Below, in pieces: positions 1 through 9,438 of a stretch of DNA of 64,000 nucleotides (position 1 is its first letter; each line of letters opens with the position of its first letter). A program made the position numbers and the translations under genes. Below the pieces are notes generated by a model that saw only the letters and a program-made list of their open reading frames with translations, did not search any database and was not told the origin of the DNA. This DNA comes from an uncultured Bacteroidales bacterium (GTDB lineage: Bacteria; Bacteroidota; Bacteroidia; Bacteroidales; ML635J-15): assembly GCA_937899245.1 (NCBI GenBank), contig CALDKB010000054.1, positions 24,674-88,673 of the forward strand, read 5' to 3'.

Positions 1-652
1 TATTGATAATCAACCAGCATATAAATCGGTATTCCCACCCGCTGAATAATGGCAAGTCGGACATCCCCTGTGCAATGCCGACTGTGAACGGATTGAAAAT
101 AGCACCGGCAAATCCTAGATGTGCGGCAACATACACAAGGCATAGCCCTGTTATCGAATCGTAGCCCATCGATATGGCCAGCGGAACGAAAATGATTACG
201 AATGCAATAGTTTCCTCGCTCATCCCAAATATTGCACCGAAGGCACTGAACATCGACATTATCAATATCATGATAATGTTGTTGACTCCTATTTTTTGCA
301 GTATACGCCGCTTTTCAAGACGTTTGCTCAGTCGTAGGAAGGAATTTATGCCCACGGCTAGGGCTTTGCTTTCGTTCAAGATCCAGAAGCTGCCTCCGAC
401 CATCAGGATGAAAGCTATGATTCCTGCCTGTTTCTTGAATCCGTCGAATATTGACGTGAAGATTTGCCATGTTTGTGGACTTGCGTCAACTTCGTGGTAG
501 GAGTTCTCGACGATTACTGTCGATGTGTCGCCGTTGGGAAGAACCTTTTGCGTATGCTCGAACTGTCCGGCGGGAATTATCCATGTAAGTATTGCTGCAA
601 CGATTATTATTGCAAAAACTATAACGTAGGTATGTGGAACTTTCTTGAACAT
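1..652 (-). CDS. YfcC-family (DcuC-like) membrane transporter, N-terminal part; the gene runs off the left edge
   Basis: My own translation of the minus strand from the ATG at 652-650 gives MFKKVPHTYVIVFAIIIVAAILTWIIPAGQF...MVGGSFWILNES...FGMSEETIAFVIIFVPLAISMGYDSITG...NPFTVGIAQG. This is collinear with E. coli YfcC as I recall it. It is absent from the ORF track because no stop lies inside the window. Confidence 0.8.
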   Translation of the reverse strand, partial: MFKKVPHTYVIVFAIIIVAAILTWIIPAGQFEHTQKVLPNGDTSTVIVENSYHEVDASPQTWQIFTSIFDGFKKQAGIIAFILMVGGSFWILNESKALAVGINSFLRLSKRLEKRRILQKIGVNNIIMILIMSMFSAFGAIFGMSEETIAFVIIFVPLAISMGYDSITGLCLVYVAAHLGFAGAIFNPFTVGIAQGMSDLPLFSGWEYRFICWLIIN

Positions 653-657
653 GCTCG

Positions 658-1734
658 CTATCTGTTCATTGTTTCTTTTGCAAAGTGGTATGCTCCGACG
701 CTGATCATTGCACTGGTGTCGTATGTGGAGAATACATATCCGCATTTGGGTGTGCATGAATATTCAACAGTCTTGTCCGATAGCGGAACTTTCAAAGTCT
801 TGCTGTCGGATTTAAGGAACTCTTCGAACTGCTTGCTGTCGTTCAGACAGTATATGTGCTGTGTTGTGCGTGAAAGGTTGGCAAACTTATGTTTCAGTTC
901 GCTTTCTACACCGGGGATAATAAATTCTCTTGCCTTCGACACACCTCCGCCAATGACTACGATTCCGTCGAAAAGTGTTATCATGTTGGCGATAGCGTCA
1001 CCGAGGAACTCGCCCATGCGGAAAAATGCTTTTCTGGCTGCTACCGCATCGCCCTTTAGCCCTTCAATGTCGCCTTTGCCGATGTGGTATATTTCGCGTG
1101 GCATTGGTGTTTCTTCAAAAGGAATTTTTGAATATTCGGAGTATAGTCTTCTTAATGCTCTAATGGCAATAAGTTCTTCACAGTTGCGGTCGGGGTCAAG
1201 TCGGTTCGACATCTTCCATATTTCGCAGGCTGTAATGTTGTCGCCGGTTATAAGGGTCTTGTCGTGAACAAAACCGCCACCGAATCCTGAACCTACTGTA
1301 AGTCCAACGACATTTTTGTATTGCTTCTTGTTGCCTGCCTGTCGCAAACGCTCGTTAATCTGTGGAAGAACGCCTGCTAACGATTCTCCGTAGGTGTACA
1401 GGTCGCCATCGTTGTTGATAAAAACCGGCACATGAAAAATGTTTTCGAGCATTGCCTTTAATGGGACTCCGCCGCGAAAACCTTTTAGGTTTTCGGTGTT
1501 GCCAATAATACCTTCGCGATAATCTGCCGGACCTGGAAATGCAAAGCTAATGGCATCTATCGGCTCGTTTAGCGATTGTTGCAGCTGCTTGAATCCGTCA
1601 ATCATTCCGAGCAGACATTTGTCAAGATCGTGTCCGTTTGATGGTATTTCTCTTGGTTCTCCAACAACATTGCCATCTTTTAGTGCAGAAAAAACAAATT
1701 TGCTGCCTCCTGCGTCGAGTGTTAGTACTATCAT
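658..1734 (-). CDS. ROK-family sugar kinase (glucokinase-like)
   Basis: 358 aa ORF. The N-terminal MIVLTLDAGGSKFVFS is an actin-fold phosphate-1 motif. The Gly-rich VGLTVGSGFGGGFV region resembles the ROK signature. Substrate unknown. Confidence 0.6.
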   Translation of the reverse strand: MIVLTLDAGGSKFVFSALKDGNVVGEPREIPSNGHDLDKCLLGMIDGFKQLQQSLNEPIDAISFAFPGPADYREGIIGNTENLKGFRGGVPLKAMLENIFHVPVFINNDGDLYTYGESLAGVLPQINERLRQAGNKKQYKNVVGLTVGSGFGGGFVHDKTLITGDNITACEIWKMSNRLDPDRNCEELIAIRALRRLYSEYSKIPFEETPMPREIYHIGKGDIEGLKGDAVAARKAFFRMGEFLGDAIANMITLFDGIVVIGGGVSKAREFIIPGVESELKHKFANLSRTTQHIYCLNDSKQFEEFLKSDSKTLKVPLSDKTVEYSCTPKCGYVFSTYDTSAMISVGAYHFAKETMNR

Positions 1735-1769
1735 GGTCCTTTATGTTTTTTTGCAAAGATAGTCGATTC

Positions 1770-3023
1770 TTATTGATTATGAAATATCTTATGCAAGTTT
1801 GTATCACTAAGGTCGACTGGTGGGGTGCCGACAAGAATGTCGGTCTCTATTCTTATCCCAAAGTTCTCGTCGGGAATGTATATTGATGGCTCGCAGCTTA
1901 GCACCATCCGGTCTTTCAGTATTGTATGGCGGTCGCCGACATCGTGGACATCAAGTCCGATGAAATGTGAGATTGGATGCGGCGAGTAGCGTTTCACTGT
2001 CTTGTGGATGGACTCCTGCTCGTCGATGTCCTTTTGTGTGATAAGTTTTAATCGCAGCAGTGCCTCAAGCATTAATTTTTCAAATTCGTCCTGAATGCGG
2101 TCGATTGAAGAGCCTGGAACGTAATATTGCTTGACTTGGTCTTGTATGCCTGCTATTGTGTCGTAAACATCTTTTTGCCGCGAGGTGAATTTGCCGTTTA
2201 CTGGTATTGTGCGTGTAATGTCGGCGGCATATCCGTTCACTTCGGCGCCAACGTCCATCAGAAGCAGGTCGCCGTCGTGGCATTGTCCCTGATTGTCGAT
2301 ACTTTGGAATATGCAGTTGCGCTTTCCCGATGAAATTACGGGAAGGTAGGCGAGTCCATCGCATCCGCTTTTGCGTATTTGCTTGTAGAATTCGGCTTCT
2401 ATTTCGTATTCGTAGATTCCGGGAGTGATAGTCTTGACGACATTGTCGAAAGCGTCGAGCGTGATTTTGATTGCCTTGCGTATGCTGTCAATTTCAAAGT
2501 CTTCCTTTTGCATGCGCATATTGGCAATTGTTGGATCTATGTCGTGGAAATCAATGTTCTGGTGCTTCAGCTTCCATTCTTCCTGACGATAGTTTATGTA
2601 TTTGGTGCGTCGTATGTTGTTGCTGAATGAAATGAATATCTTGCCTTGTGAGTTTGATATGACACGGTCTGCTGTTTCGTCAAATTTGTCAAGATATTCT
2701 ATGTTTTGGATGCCTGATATTTCAGCGACATATTCCTTGGTTAGCTTTACGCCCGTCCACTGGTTTATGTGCTCTGTCGGCTCAATGATGAAGGCGTATT
2801 CGTTTAGTTCGTGGTTTTCCTTTTGGAAAAGTAGGATAGACTCTTCTTGCGTAATGCCACTGAGGTAAAGAATATCGGAATTCTGCCTGTATCTGTAGAA
2901 TTGGTTTGCGTTTCTCGACTGGTGGTTTGCAGAAAACAAGATGACAACATCTCCATTTTCAAGAGAATAGCATAGCTTTTTGCGGTTGCCAATGTGAAAG
3001 TCGCGTTTTTGCTTGTTGTCCAT
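1770..3023 (-). CDS. pepP: Xaa-Pro aminopeptidase (M24B, aminopeptidase P)
   Basis: 417 aa. The N-terminal AMP_N-like segment reads FYRYRQNSDILYLSG. The C-terminal pita-bread domain contains LLLMDVGAEVNGYAADITRT and HPISHFIGLDVHD. Confidence 0.8.
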   Translation of the reverse strand: MDNKQKRDFHIGNRKKLCYSLENGDVVILFSANHQSRNANQFYRYRQNSDILYLSGITQEESILLFQKENHELNEYAFIIEPTEHINQWTGVKLTKEYVAEISGIQNIEYLDKFDETADRVISNSQGKIFISFSNNIRRTKYINYRQEEWKLKHQNIDFHDIDPTIANMRMQKEDFEIDSIRKAIKITLDAFDNVVKTITPGIYEYEIEAEFYKQIRKSGCDGLAYLPVISSGKRNCIFQSIDNQGQCHDGDLLLMDVGAEVNGYAADITRTIPVNGKFTSRQKDVYDTIAGIQDQVKQYYVPGSSIDRIQDEFEKLMLEALLRLKLITQKDIDEQESIHKTVKRYSPHPISHFIGLDVHDVGDRHTILKDRMVLSCEPSIYIPDENFGIRIETDILVGTPPVDLSDTNLHKIFHNQ

Positions 3024-3031
3024 GGCATAGA

Positions 3032-4417
3032 TTATTTGTCTTTCCAGTCTCCGTTTTCTGCGATGACTTTCTTTAGCATTTCAACGGCTTGGTCTTGGGG
3101 AATATCACGAATTATTGGTGTCTGTTTCTTGTAGATGATGACATGATCCTTTGTGCTTCCAACGCATCCGTAGTCGGCATCCGACATTTCGCCCGGACCG
3201 TTTACTACGCAGCCCATAGTCGCAATTTTCAGTCCCTTAAGATGTGAAAATTCTTGCTTTACAGCTTCCGAGATGCGTTCAAGGTCGTAGTTGGTGCGTC
3301 CGCATCCGGGACATGATATGAACTCTGCCTTCGAAACGCATAGGCCGGCGGCTTGCATGATGTCGGCGGCAAGATCTTCGTTGTCAATGCCTTCTATTTC
3401 GCCTTCTATTTTCAACTTCGATGTTTTTCTGTCGATGAGGTTATTGCTCAAGTTGCTGCAGCTGTCGATTATGGCTTCGTCGGCATCATGATAGGTTGTC
3501 CTGAAAATTGTTTCTGCCGTTTCTGGAACGCAGATATTGCTGAATGGCTTCTTTTCGCCTAGTTGTTTGACAAATTTTTCAGCAAATATGATTTCGTTTT
3601 CTGGCCTTTCGGTAAGCGAAACTCTAATCGTGTCGCCAATTCCCTTGTTTAGAAGATACGATATTCCAAGTACTGATTTTATTCTTGCGTCATTTCCTGC
3701 ACCGGCTTCTGTTACTCCTAGGTGCTGCGGGAAAATGTGTCCCGATTCTATCATTCTTTGGTTGAGCAGTTCGCATGATTCGGTCATGACTTTTACATTG
3801 CTAGCTTTCATCGAGATGACAAGGTTCGAAAAGTTTTCAGCCATGAAAATGTTTATGAATTCCATTGCTGCCTCTACCATTCCGCGGGCGGTGTTGCCAT
3901 ATCTCGACAGGATTCTGTCGGAAAGCGAACCATGGTTTGATCCTATGCGGATTGCCGTGCCGTTTTCCCTGCATATTTTGATAAGAGGAAGTAGCCTGTC
4001 GTGGATTTTTTCCAGTTCAAGGTCGTATTCGAAATCTGAAAGTTTCAATTCCTTGAAATTAGCACGCTTGTCGATGTAGTTGCCAGGGTTAATCCTGACT
4101 TTTTCCACGATTTTTGCGCATTCTTCGGCAATCTGAGCGTCGAAATGGACATCGGCAACCAATGGTTTTGTGTACCCGTCAGCTACGAGTATGCCCTTTA
4201 CTTTTCGCAGGCAGTCGATGTCTGGCTTCCGCGGTGTGGAAAGTCTTACAATATCGGCACCCGCGTCGAAAAGACGTTTGCATTGCAGTACCGAGCCGTC
4301 GATGTCTGCAAGCGGAACGTTTGTCATGCTCTGTATCGCTATGCGGTTTTTGCCACCGATTGTTATGTCGCCGATTTTTACTTCGTGTGCGTATGTCTGG
4401 ATGTTATTTGTTTTCAT
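3032..4417 (-). CDS. ispG: 4-hydroxy-3-methylbut-2-enyl diphosphate synthase
   Basis: 461 aa. Contains RIAIQSMTN, IRIGSNHGSL, and the C-terminal Fe-S motif ISCPGCGRT...GCVVNGPGE. An insert lies between the TIM and Fe-S domains. Confidence 0.9.
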   Translation of the reverse strand: MKTNNIQTYAHEVKIGDITIGGKNRIAIQSMTNVPLADIDGSVLQCKRLFDAGADIVRLSTPRKPDIDCLRKVKGILVADGYTKPLVADVHFDAQIAEECAKIVEKVRINPGNYIDKRANFKELKLSDFEYDLELEKIHDRLLPLIKICRENGTAIRIGSNHGSLSDRILSRYGNTARGMVEAAMEFINIFMAENFSNLVISMKASNVKVMTESCELLNQRMIESGHIFPQHLGVTEAGAGNDARIKSVLGISYLLNKGIGDTIRVSLTERPENEIIFAEKFVKQLGEKKPFSNICVPETAETIFRTTYHDADEAIIDSCSNLSNNLIDRKTSKLKIEGEIEGIDNEDLAADIMQAAGLCVSKAEFISCPGCGRTNYDLERISEAVKQEFSHLKGLKIATMGCVVNGPGEMSDADYGCVGSTKDHVIIYKKQTPIIRDIPQDQAVEMLKKVIAENGDWKDK

Positions 4418-5303
4418 GTGCCTTGTGTCTTTCTATTGCTTCTAGAATGCCGTTAAGAATACTTTCGTCGTGCGACGGTATTGGGTTGCTTGTTGTCCCA
4501 ACTCCAAGATATATATCGTTTTTTACCGGATATCCATGGAAATCGCTGCCGCACGAAATACATAGACCATGTTCTTCTGCAATTTTCTTGAGCATTCCTC
4601 TATCTTTTGTCGAGGTGCTGTTGTGATACACTTCGATTCCGTCGAGCCCGTATGAGATTAATTCCAATATTCTTTCCTTGATTGTGATATAATTGTTGCT
4701 CAGAGAGGTCGGATGCGCCAGAATGGCAATTCCTCCTGCCTTATGAATTTGCTTTATGCACTCTTCGGGCGGTAGCTTCATTCTTTCGATATTGTCAAGG
4801 TCGGCTTTTGTCAGGTACTTGTCGAATGCGTTCTGAATGTTAGTGGCATATCCGTGTGCAACAAGAGCTGCTGCAATATGTGGTTTTCCAACTGAAGAGC
4901 CCAGTGCATGCTTTTTAACGTCTTCAATGGTTATTTTCAGCTTGTAGGTGTTCCTCAGTGCTTCTACAATCTTGATATTCCTTGATTTCCTTCCTTCGCT
5001 GATTTCTTTGGCCATTGCACGGAATTTTTCGTCGTTTGGATTTATCCCCAATCCAAGAATGTGCATTTTGCCTTCGGAGATTTCGGCACTTAACTCGATG
5101 CCGGGGATAACTTTTATCCCGTATTTTTCACCTTCGGCAATGCACTCGTTAAGGTTGTCGACTGTGTCGTGGTCGGTGATGGCTATTGCCTTTAACCCAT
5201 TTTCTTTGGCTTTGACGATAATTTCATGTGCGTCATGGCAGCCGTCAGAAGCTGTTGTGTGCACATGCAAGTCAAATTTTGGTGAGTTGTTATTATTCTC
5301 CAT
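4404..5303 (-). CDS. PHP-domain phosphoesterase (TrpH/YciV-like)
   Basis: Contains FDLHVHTTASDG, AITDHD, GIELS, AHP and GSDFHG metal-binding motifs. I take the start at the internal MENNNN (5303) rather than the ORF-track 5378, which would overlap dapF by 86 nt. Confidence 0.75.
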   Translation of the reverse strand: MENNNNSPKFDLHVHTTASDGCHDAHEIIVKAKENGLKAIAITDHDTVDNLNECIAEGEKYGIKVIPGIELSAEISEGKMHILGLGINPNDEKFRAMAKEISEGRKSRNIKIVEALRNTYKLKITIEDVKKHALGSSVGKPHIAAALVAHGYATNIQNAFDKYLTKADLDNIERMKLPPEECIKQIHKAGGIAILAHPTSLSNNYITIKERILELISYGLDGIEVYHNSTSTKDRGMLKKIAEEHGLCISCGSDFHGYPVKNDIYLGVGTTSNPIPSHDESILNGILEAIERHKAHENK

Positions 5304-6060
5304 AAGTTTCCCCCCTGAATACTTTTTTTGCTGGGCCTTCAAGCCATATGTTTGTGTATTTGCTGTTTTTCTTTTCAAAGAAAACTTTTAGCATGCCGCC
5401 TTTTGCCTGTAGTGTTATTGGCGATTCGTTTCCTTTTGTCGCATTTATGCAAAGGGCAGATGCTACGGTGCCGGTTCCGCATGCCGAGGTTTCGCCTTCT
5501 ACTCCGCGCTCGTATGTGGCAAGTCTAAAGCCGCCGTTCTGATCAACAAAATTCACATTTGTCCTATTGGGCGCAAAACGCTTGTCGTCGGCAAGTTTAC
5601 GACCTTCGGCTACAATGTCAATCTTGTAGATGTCGTCAACGAATTTAACGAAGTGGGGTACTCCGGTATTTGTCCAAAGTCCATCTTCGAATTTTGATAT
5701 CCCATCTACGTCAATCATCTTGAGCTTCACAGTCGTATCGTCCAGGATTTCTGCTTCGTGGATGCCGTCGTCGGCAATAAAAGTCATTTTGTTGCTGCAA
5801 ATGTGATTGTCGAAAGCATATTTCGCTATGCAGCGTCCACCGTTTCCGCACATGCTTGCCGTATGTCCGTCAGAATTGTAGAATTTCATGGCGAAGTCGT
5901 ATTCATTGCTGCTGTTCACGACGATAAGACCATCTGCTCCTATTCCAAAGCGACGGTCGCACATTTGTTCAATCTGTTCGCTGCTAAGCGCAATGTTACC
6001 GTCGATGTTGTTGATGATAATGAAATCGTTCCCGGCTCCTTGATATTTGTCGAAATTCAT
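5293..6060 (-). CDS. dapF: diaminopimelate epimerase
   Basis: 255 aa. Contains MNFDKYQGAGNDFIIINN and the two catalytic-Cys contexts MCGNGGRC and SACGTG. Confidence 0.9.
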   Translation of the reverse strand: MNFDKYQGAGNDFIIINNIDGNIALSSEQIEQMCDRRFGIGADGLIVVNSSNEYDFAMKFYNSDGHTASMCGNGGRCIAKYAFDNHICSNKMTFIADDGIHEAEILDDTTVKLKMIDVDGISKFEDGLWTNTGVPHFVKFVDDIYKIDIVAEGRKLADDKRFAPNRTNVNFVDQNGGFRLATYERGVEGETSACGTGTVASALCINATKGNESPITLQAKGGMLKVFFEKKNSKYTNIWLEGPAKKVFRGETYGE

Positions 6061-6072
6061 GCTGCCTGTTTT

Positions 6073-8571
6073 TTAGTTCGTCTTCCTTGAAAATTTCCAC
6101 CCCAAAGTTAAGAAAATTACTATTGCAACTAGAGATATTATGTTGAATATTAACGATAGCATGTTGCCTATGCGAGTGGATTTCGGTGCAAAAGTGAATT
6201 CGATTTCGTGTTCGCCGGCGGGAACGATCATTGCCCTCAATGCATAATTTGCCCTGAAGTGTGATGCTTTTTCTCCATCAATTTTTACACGCCATCCTTT
6301 TGGGTAATACATTTCGGAGAATATTGCCAGTCGCGGGCCTTTGCTTGTCGACTTGTATTTCAATATGTCGGCATCTCTGGCCGTTAACGATATGCGGTCG
6401 GTGCTATCAGGGGCAAATCCTATGTCTGCGAATTCCGACTTGTACTTTTCGTTCACTACGGCGGTATGTCTGCTGTCAATGTGTTTCAGTTGGGCAAGCT
6501 CCATGTCGTCGCTTGCAGCCCATCTTATGCTGTCGACAAGCCAAACGTTTCCAAGTGTATGCTCGTTGGTTATCGGGTTGGCATTGTCGCTAAGTATTAT
6601 GTACTTAACGTTTAGCATGTCGAGCAGTGGCGTCTTGTATTTCTGCGAGAAGGTTTCCTGAATCTCTTCTTGGGTCATGCCATCTCTTTGTGACCATGAA
6701 AAAATATTGTATCTGGTTAAGGCCAACTCTTTGTTAACCAAAGAGTCGCAGAATGTGGCATAGCGTTTTGTGCAGTAGCCGACACCTCCGAGCGACTTGT
6801 GTTTGTTGAATGTGCTTTCGTCGTCTTGAACTGCGTCGTAGGCGATATTTAGGACTCTATATGTGGTGCTGTCGCCGTTGATAGTGTTGTCGGCTACGGA
6901 TTCCCGGCTTGTCGTGTTTTCGTTTTCTGCATTTAGCCTGTCAAGATTGATGTTTATGAGAATGTTGTCAAGAATGACAAGAAGTGCTATGGTCAAAATT
7001 GTAGCTGTAATGTTTTGCTTTTTTTTGCTGGCGAAAAATATTGTGGCGGCGGAAAGCAGCAGAAACACTAAGGCAAACGAAGAGTCTCTTCTTATTAGAA
7101 CGCATCTGTCGTGGCGTATTGCTTCGACATAGTCGCTCTTGAATTGGCTTACGGCTTCTGCGTATTCTGGTTCGGATGGCATATATGATGCCAGTCCGCT
7201 GGCGATTTCCTCTTCTGTGCGGTTGCCCGGATCGTAATTGAAAGTGCCTGCTGCTGACGGAAATATTATGAATATAAGCAGAATGATGGCTATCAGTCCG
7301 GCCGAAATGGATATTGCTATTGTATTTCGTTTTTTGTCTGCTTCGTTTTCCCTGTTCTTCATGCAGAAATCTTCAATGCCAACAGAGGCAAGAATAGAAA
7401 TTCCAAGTGCGGAAATTATTAAAATATTTGATATGTTGCCAAAATTATAGAATAATGGAATATTTTTGAATGCGAAATACTCGATATTGCCGCATGAAAG
7501 TAGAGCCGCAAATATTGTGATGAATATTAGCCACCATTTGTATTTTGCGTTCTTGCTGAAACATCCAAGTGCGGCGAGAAAAATCGCTATTGCGCCAATG
7601 TATGATGGACCGTTGCTGAAAAAGCGTTTTCCAAAATATGTGGGCGATTTGTCGGCGATTTTTTCGGCGTTTTGGCGACCGAAAAGTGGTTCCAGAAGCT
7701 TGTGCGTGTCGGAGTTGGTCGACAGGTGCGTGTGCGATTTTCCGCCTTTTATGCTTGGGATTATGGCGGTTAGGATTTCGCCTTCGTCGTTTATGTATGG
7801 GCTGTCGGTGCTATAGTTTGGAGTTGGTTGTGTTGCGTATTGCGCATATTCGTTTTCTGAAATTATGTTGACGGAATTCGTAAGTATGGCGGCTGTAAAC
7901 ACTGTCAATGTGATAAGCGTGGATGTTAGGAACTTTGCTTTTTCGTGAGATTTGACTGATACTACGAGTCTATAGGCCATATGGGCAATTGCAATTAGCA
8001 TCGTGAAGTACAGCGGCTGGTAGTTGCAGGTCGCGGCTTGTATTGCTGTTGCAATTAATGTTATTGTGATTCCGAATGCTTTCTTGTTGTTGAATATCAG
8101 AATTATGCCGGCAATAGAGTAGGCGATAAGTGCAATTCCGATCGCTTCGGCTGGTTCGCCGGGGTCGTATGCCGATGTGCAAAAGAAAAATCCGTACGCC
8201 AGTGACCCGATAATCGCGCTTGGTGGCTTTATTTTCAATGTGTTTTGAAGAACGTATATTCCAATCAGAGTGGTCAGAATAATGAAAAATGAAAATGTGG
8301 CGCTGCTGCTAGATATGGCGGATGCAATGTGTGAATAAATGTTTTTGTCGTTTATGGCATTTCCGGAGATGCGGGGACTTCCAGAAAATGAACTTTCGTT
8401 CCATAGGCAGGAACTTGAAATAGTCTGGCTGTCTTGCTTTTCGATATTGCTACTGTTATTGCCTATAAAAAACAAATATGTGTAAGAGGCAGATACGGCA
8501 ATAAAAAAGATGAATATGGCAAATGTCTGGAAAATTAAATTGCTATTTATGTCGCTGAATTTTTTTTTCAT
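6073..8571 (-). CDS. YfhO-family polytopic membrane protein (putative glycosyl transferase or translocase)
   Basis: About 830 aa with many predicted TM helices in the N-terminal 550 aa, a soluble C-terminal domain and a final TM helix. This architecture is typical of YfhO. I chose the start at MKKKFSDINS (cat at 8569-8571). Confidence 0.55.
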   Translation of the reverse strand: MKKKFSDINSNLIFQTFAIFIFFIAVSASYTYLFFIGNNSSNIEKQDSQTISSSCLWNESSFSGSPRISGNAINDKNIYSHIASAISSSSATFSFFIILTTLIGIYVLQNTLKIKPPSAIIGSLAYGFFFCTSAYDPGEPAEAIGIALIAYSIAGIILIFNNKKAFGITITLIATAIQAATCNYQPLYFTMLIAIAHMAYRLVVSVKSHEKAKFLTSTLITLTVFTAAILTNSVNIISENEYAQYATQPTPNYSTDSPYINDEGEILTAIIPSIKGGKSHTHLSTNSDTHKLLEPLFGRQNAEKIADKSPTYFGKRFFSNGPSYIGAIAIFLAALGCFSKNAKYKWWLIFITIFAALLSCGNIEYFAFKNIPLFYNFGNISNILIISALGISILASVGIEDFCMKNRENEADKKRNTIAISISAGLIAIILLIFIIFPSAAGTFNYDPGNRTEEEIASGLASYMPSEPEYAEAVSQFKSDYVEAIRHDRCVLIRRDSSFALVFLLLSAATIFFASKKKQNITATILTIALLVILDNILININLDRLNAENENTTSRESVADNTINGDSTTYRVLNIAYDAVQDDESTFNKHKSLGGVGYCTKRYATFCDSLVNKELALTRYNIFSWSQRDGMTQEEIQETFSQKYKTPLLDMLNVKYIILSDNANPITNEHTLGNVWLVDSIRWAASDDMELAQLKHIDSRHTAVVNEKYKSEFADIGFAPDSTDRISLTARDADILKYKSTSKGPRLAIFSEMYYPKGWRVKIDGEKASHFRANYALRAMIVPAGEHEIEFTFAPKSTRIGNMLSLIFNIISLVAIVIFLTLGWKFSRKTN

Positions 8572-8862
8572 GTGCTGTCTATTTCGTTTGGACAAAATTA
8601 TAAATTTAAACATTTGCTTCGTTTATTTTTGTGATAATAGATGTTTTGATGTTTGCGAATTTTAGACAAAGCAATTATATTGTAGTTTTTGAACTTTGTA
8701 AAATTCTGTAAATTAACATGTTGGGGTTGGTGTTGGCGTGTGTGTATAAAAATGATTTTTGACAGGCAGCTAAACGAAAAAAAACTCGTTATAAGATGTG
8801 GAAGTTTAAAATAAAAACAGTAATTTTACGCGAATTTTATATATACTAAAAATAGTATCGAT

Positions 8863-9435
8863 ATGAAAAAGATAGTTGTTTGCGTCTTGTTGGTGATTAT
8901 GGCGGGTCTTCCTGTGTTTTCACAATCGCAACACGTTGAAAATCAGCAGTCGTTGTCGGCGGGAATAGATTCTCTACTCAATGGAATTTCTGCCGTCGGA
9001 ACGGAATTTATATATGACGAGGGAAAGCTGGTGTCTATTCCAAATACCAACATCAAGATTCAGCCACCTGAATATTTCCGCTTTTCGGAATCTATTCCGG
9101 GATTTATTCATGTTGGAACAATGAGCAGCATACAGGTTGAGGAAGTGGTTGGAACTTCGTATGTCATGATTGCTATGGCTATGGATTCTGCGTATTTTGC
9201 ATCTCAAGGTATGAGGTTGATATCGTCGGAGCCGGTTGTGATGCACGATGGAAGTGAAGGCGTGCTCTTTACGGCAGAAATGCGACTGAAAGGATTCTTG
9301 TTTGAAAGACTTATTCTAATGTCCGGTGATTACCATTACACGATGTGGATTAATGCCGGCTATATAAAGCTGTTGAGTTCTCAGTTGAAGGAGGTTGTCC
9401 TTCAAAGCATGTTAACATCTAAAATTTACGAGTAG
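8863..9435 (+). CDS. hypothetical secreted protein
   Basis: 190 aa with the signal peptide MKKIVVCVLLVIMAGLPVFSQ. Its stop lies 3 nt before the start of the giant adhesin, so the two look translationally coupled. I recognise no family. Confidence 0.5.
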   Translation: MKKIVVCVLLVIMAGLPVFSQSQHVENQQSLSAGIDSLLNGISAVGTEFIYDEGKLVSIPNTNIKIQPPEYFRFSESIPGFIHVGTMSSIQVEEVVGTSYVMIAMAMDSAYFASQGMRLISSEPVVMHDGSEGVLFTAEMRLKGFLFERLILMSGDYHYTMWINAGYIKLLSSQLKEVVLQSMLTSKIYE

Positions 9436-9438
9436 AAG

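Noticed and set aside
464-1267. 267-aa plus-strand ORF
   Set aside because: It overlaps the YfcC-like and ROK kinase genes in antisense and shows no family resemblance.
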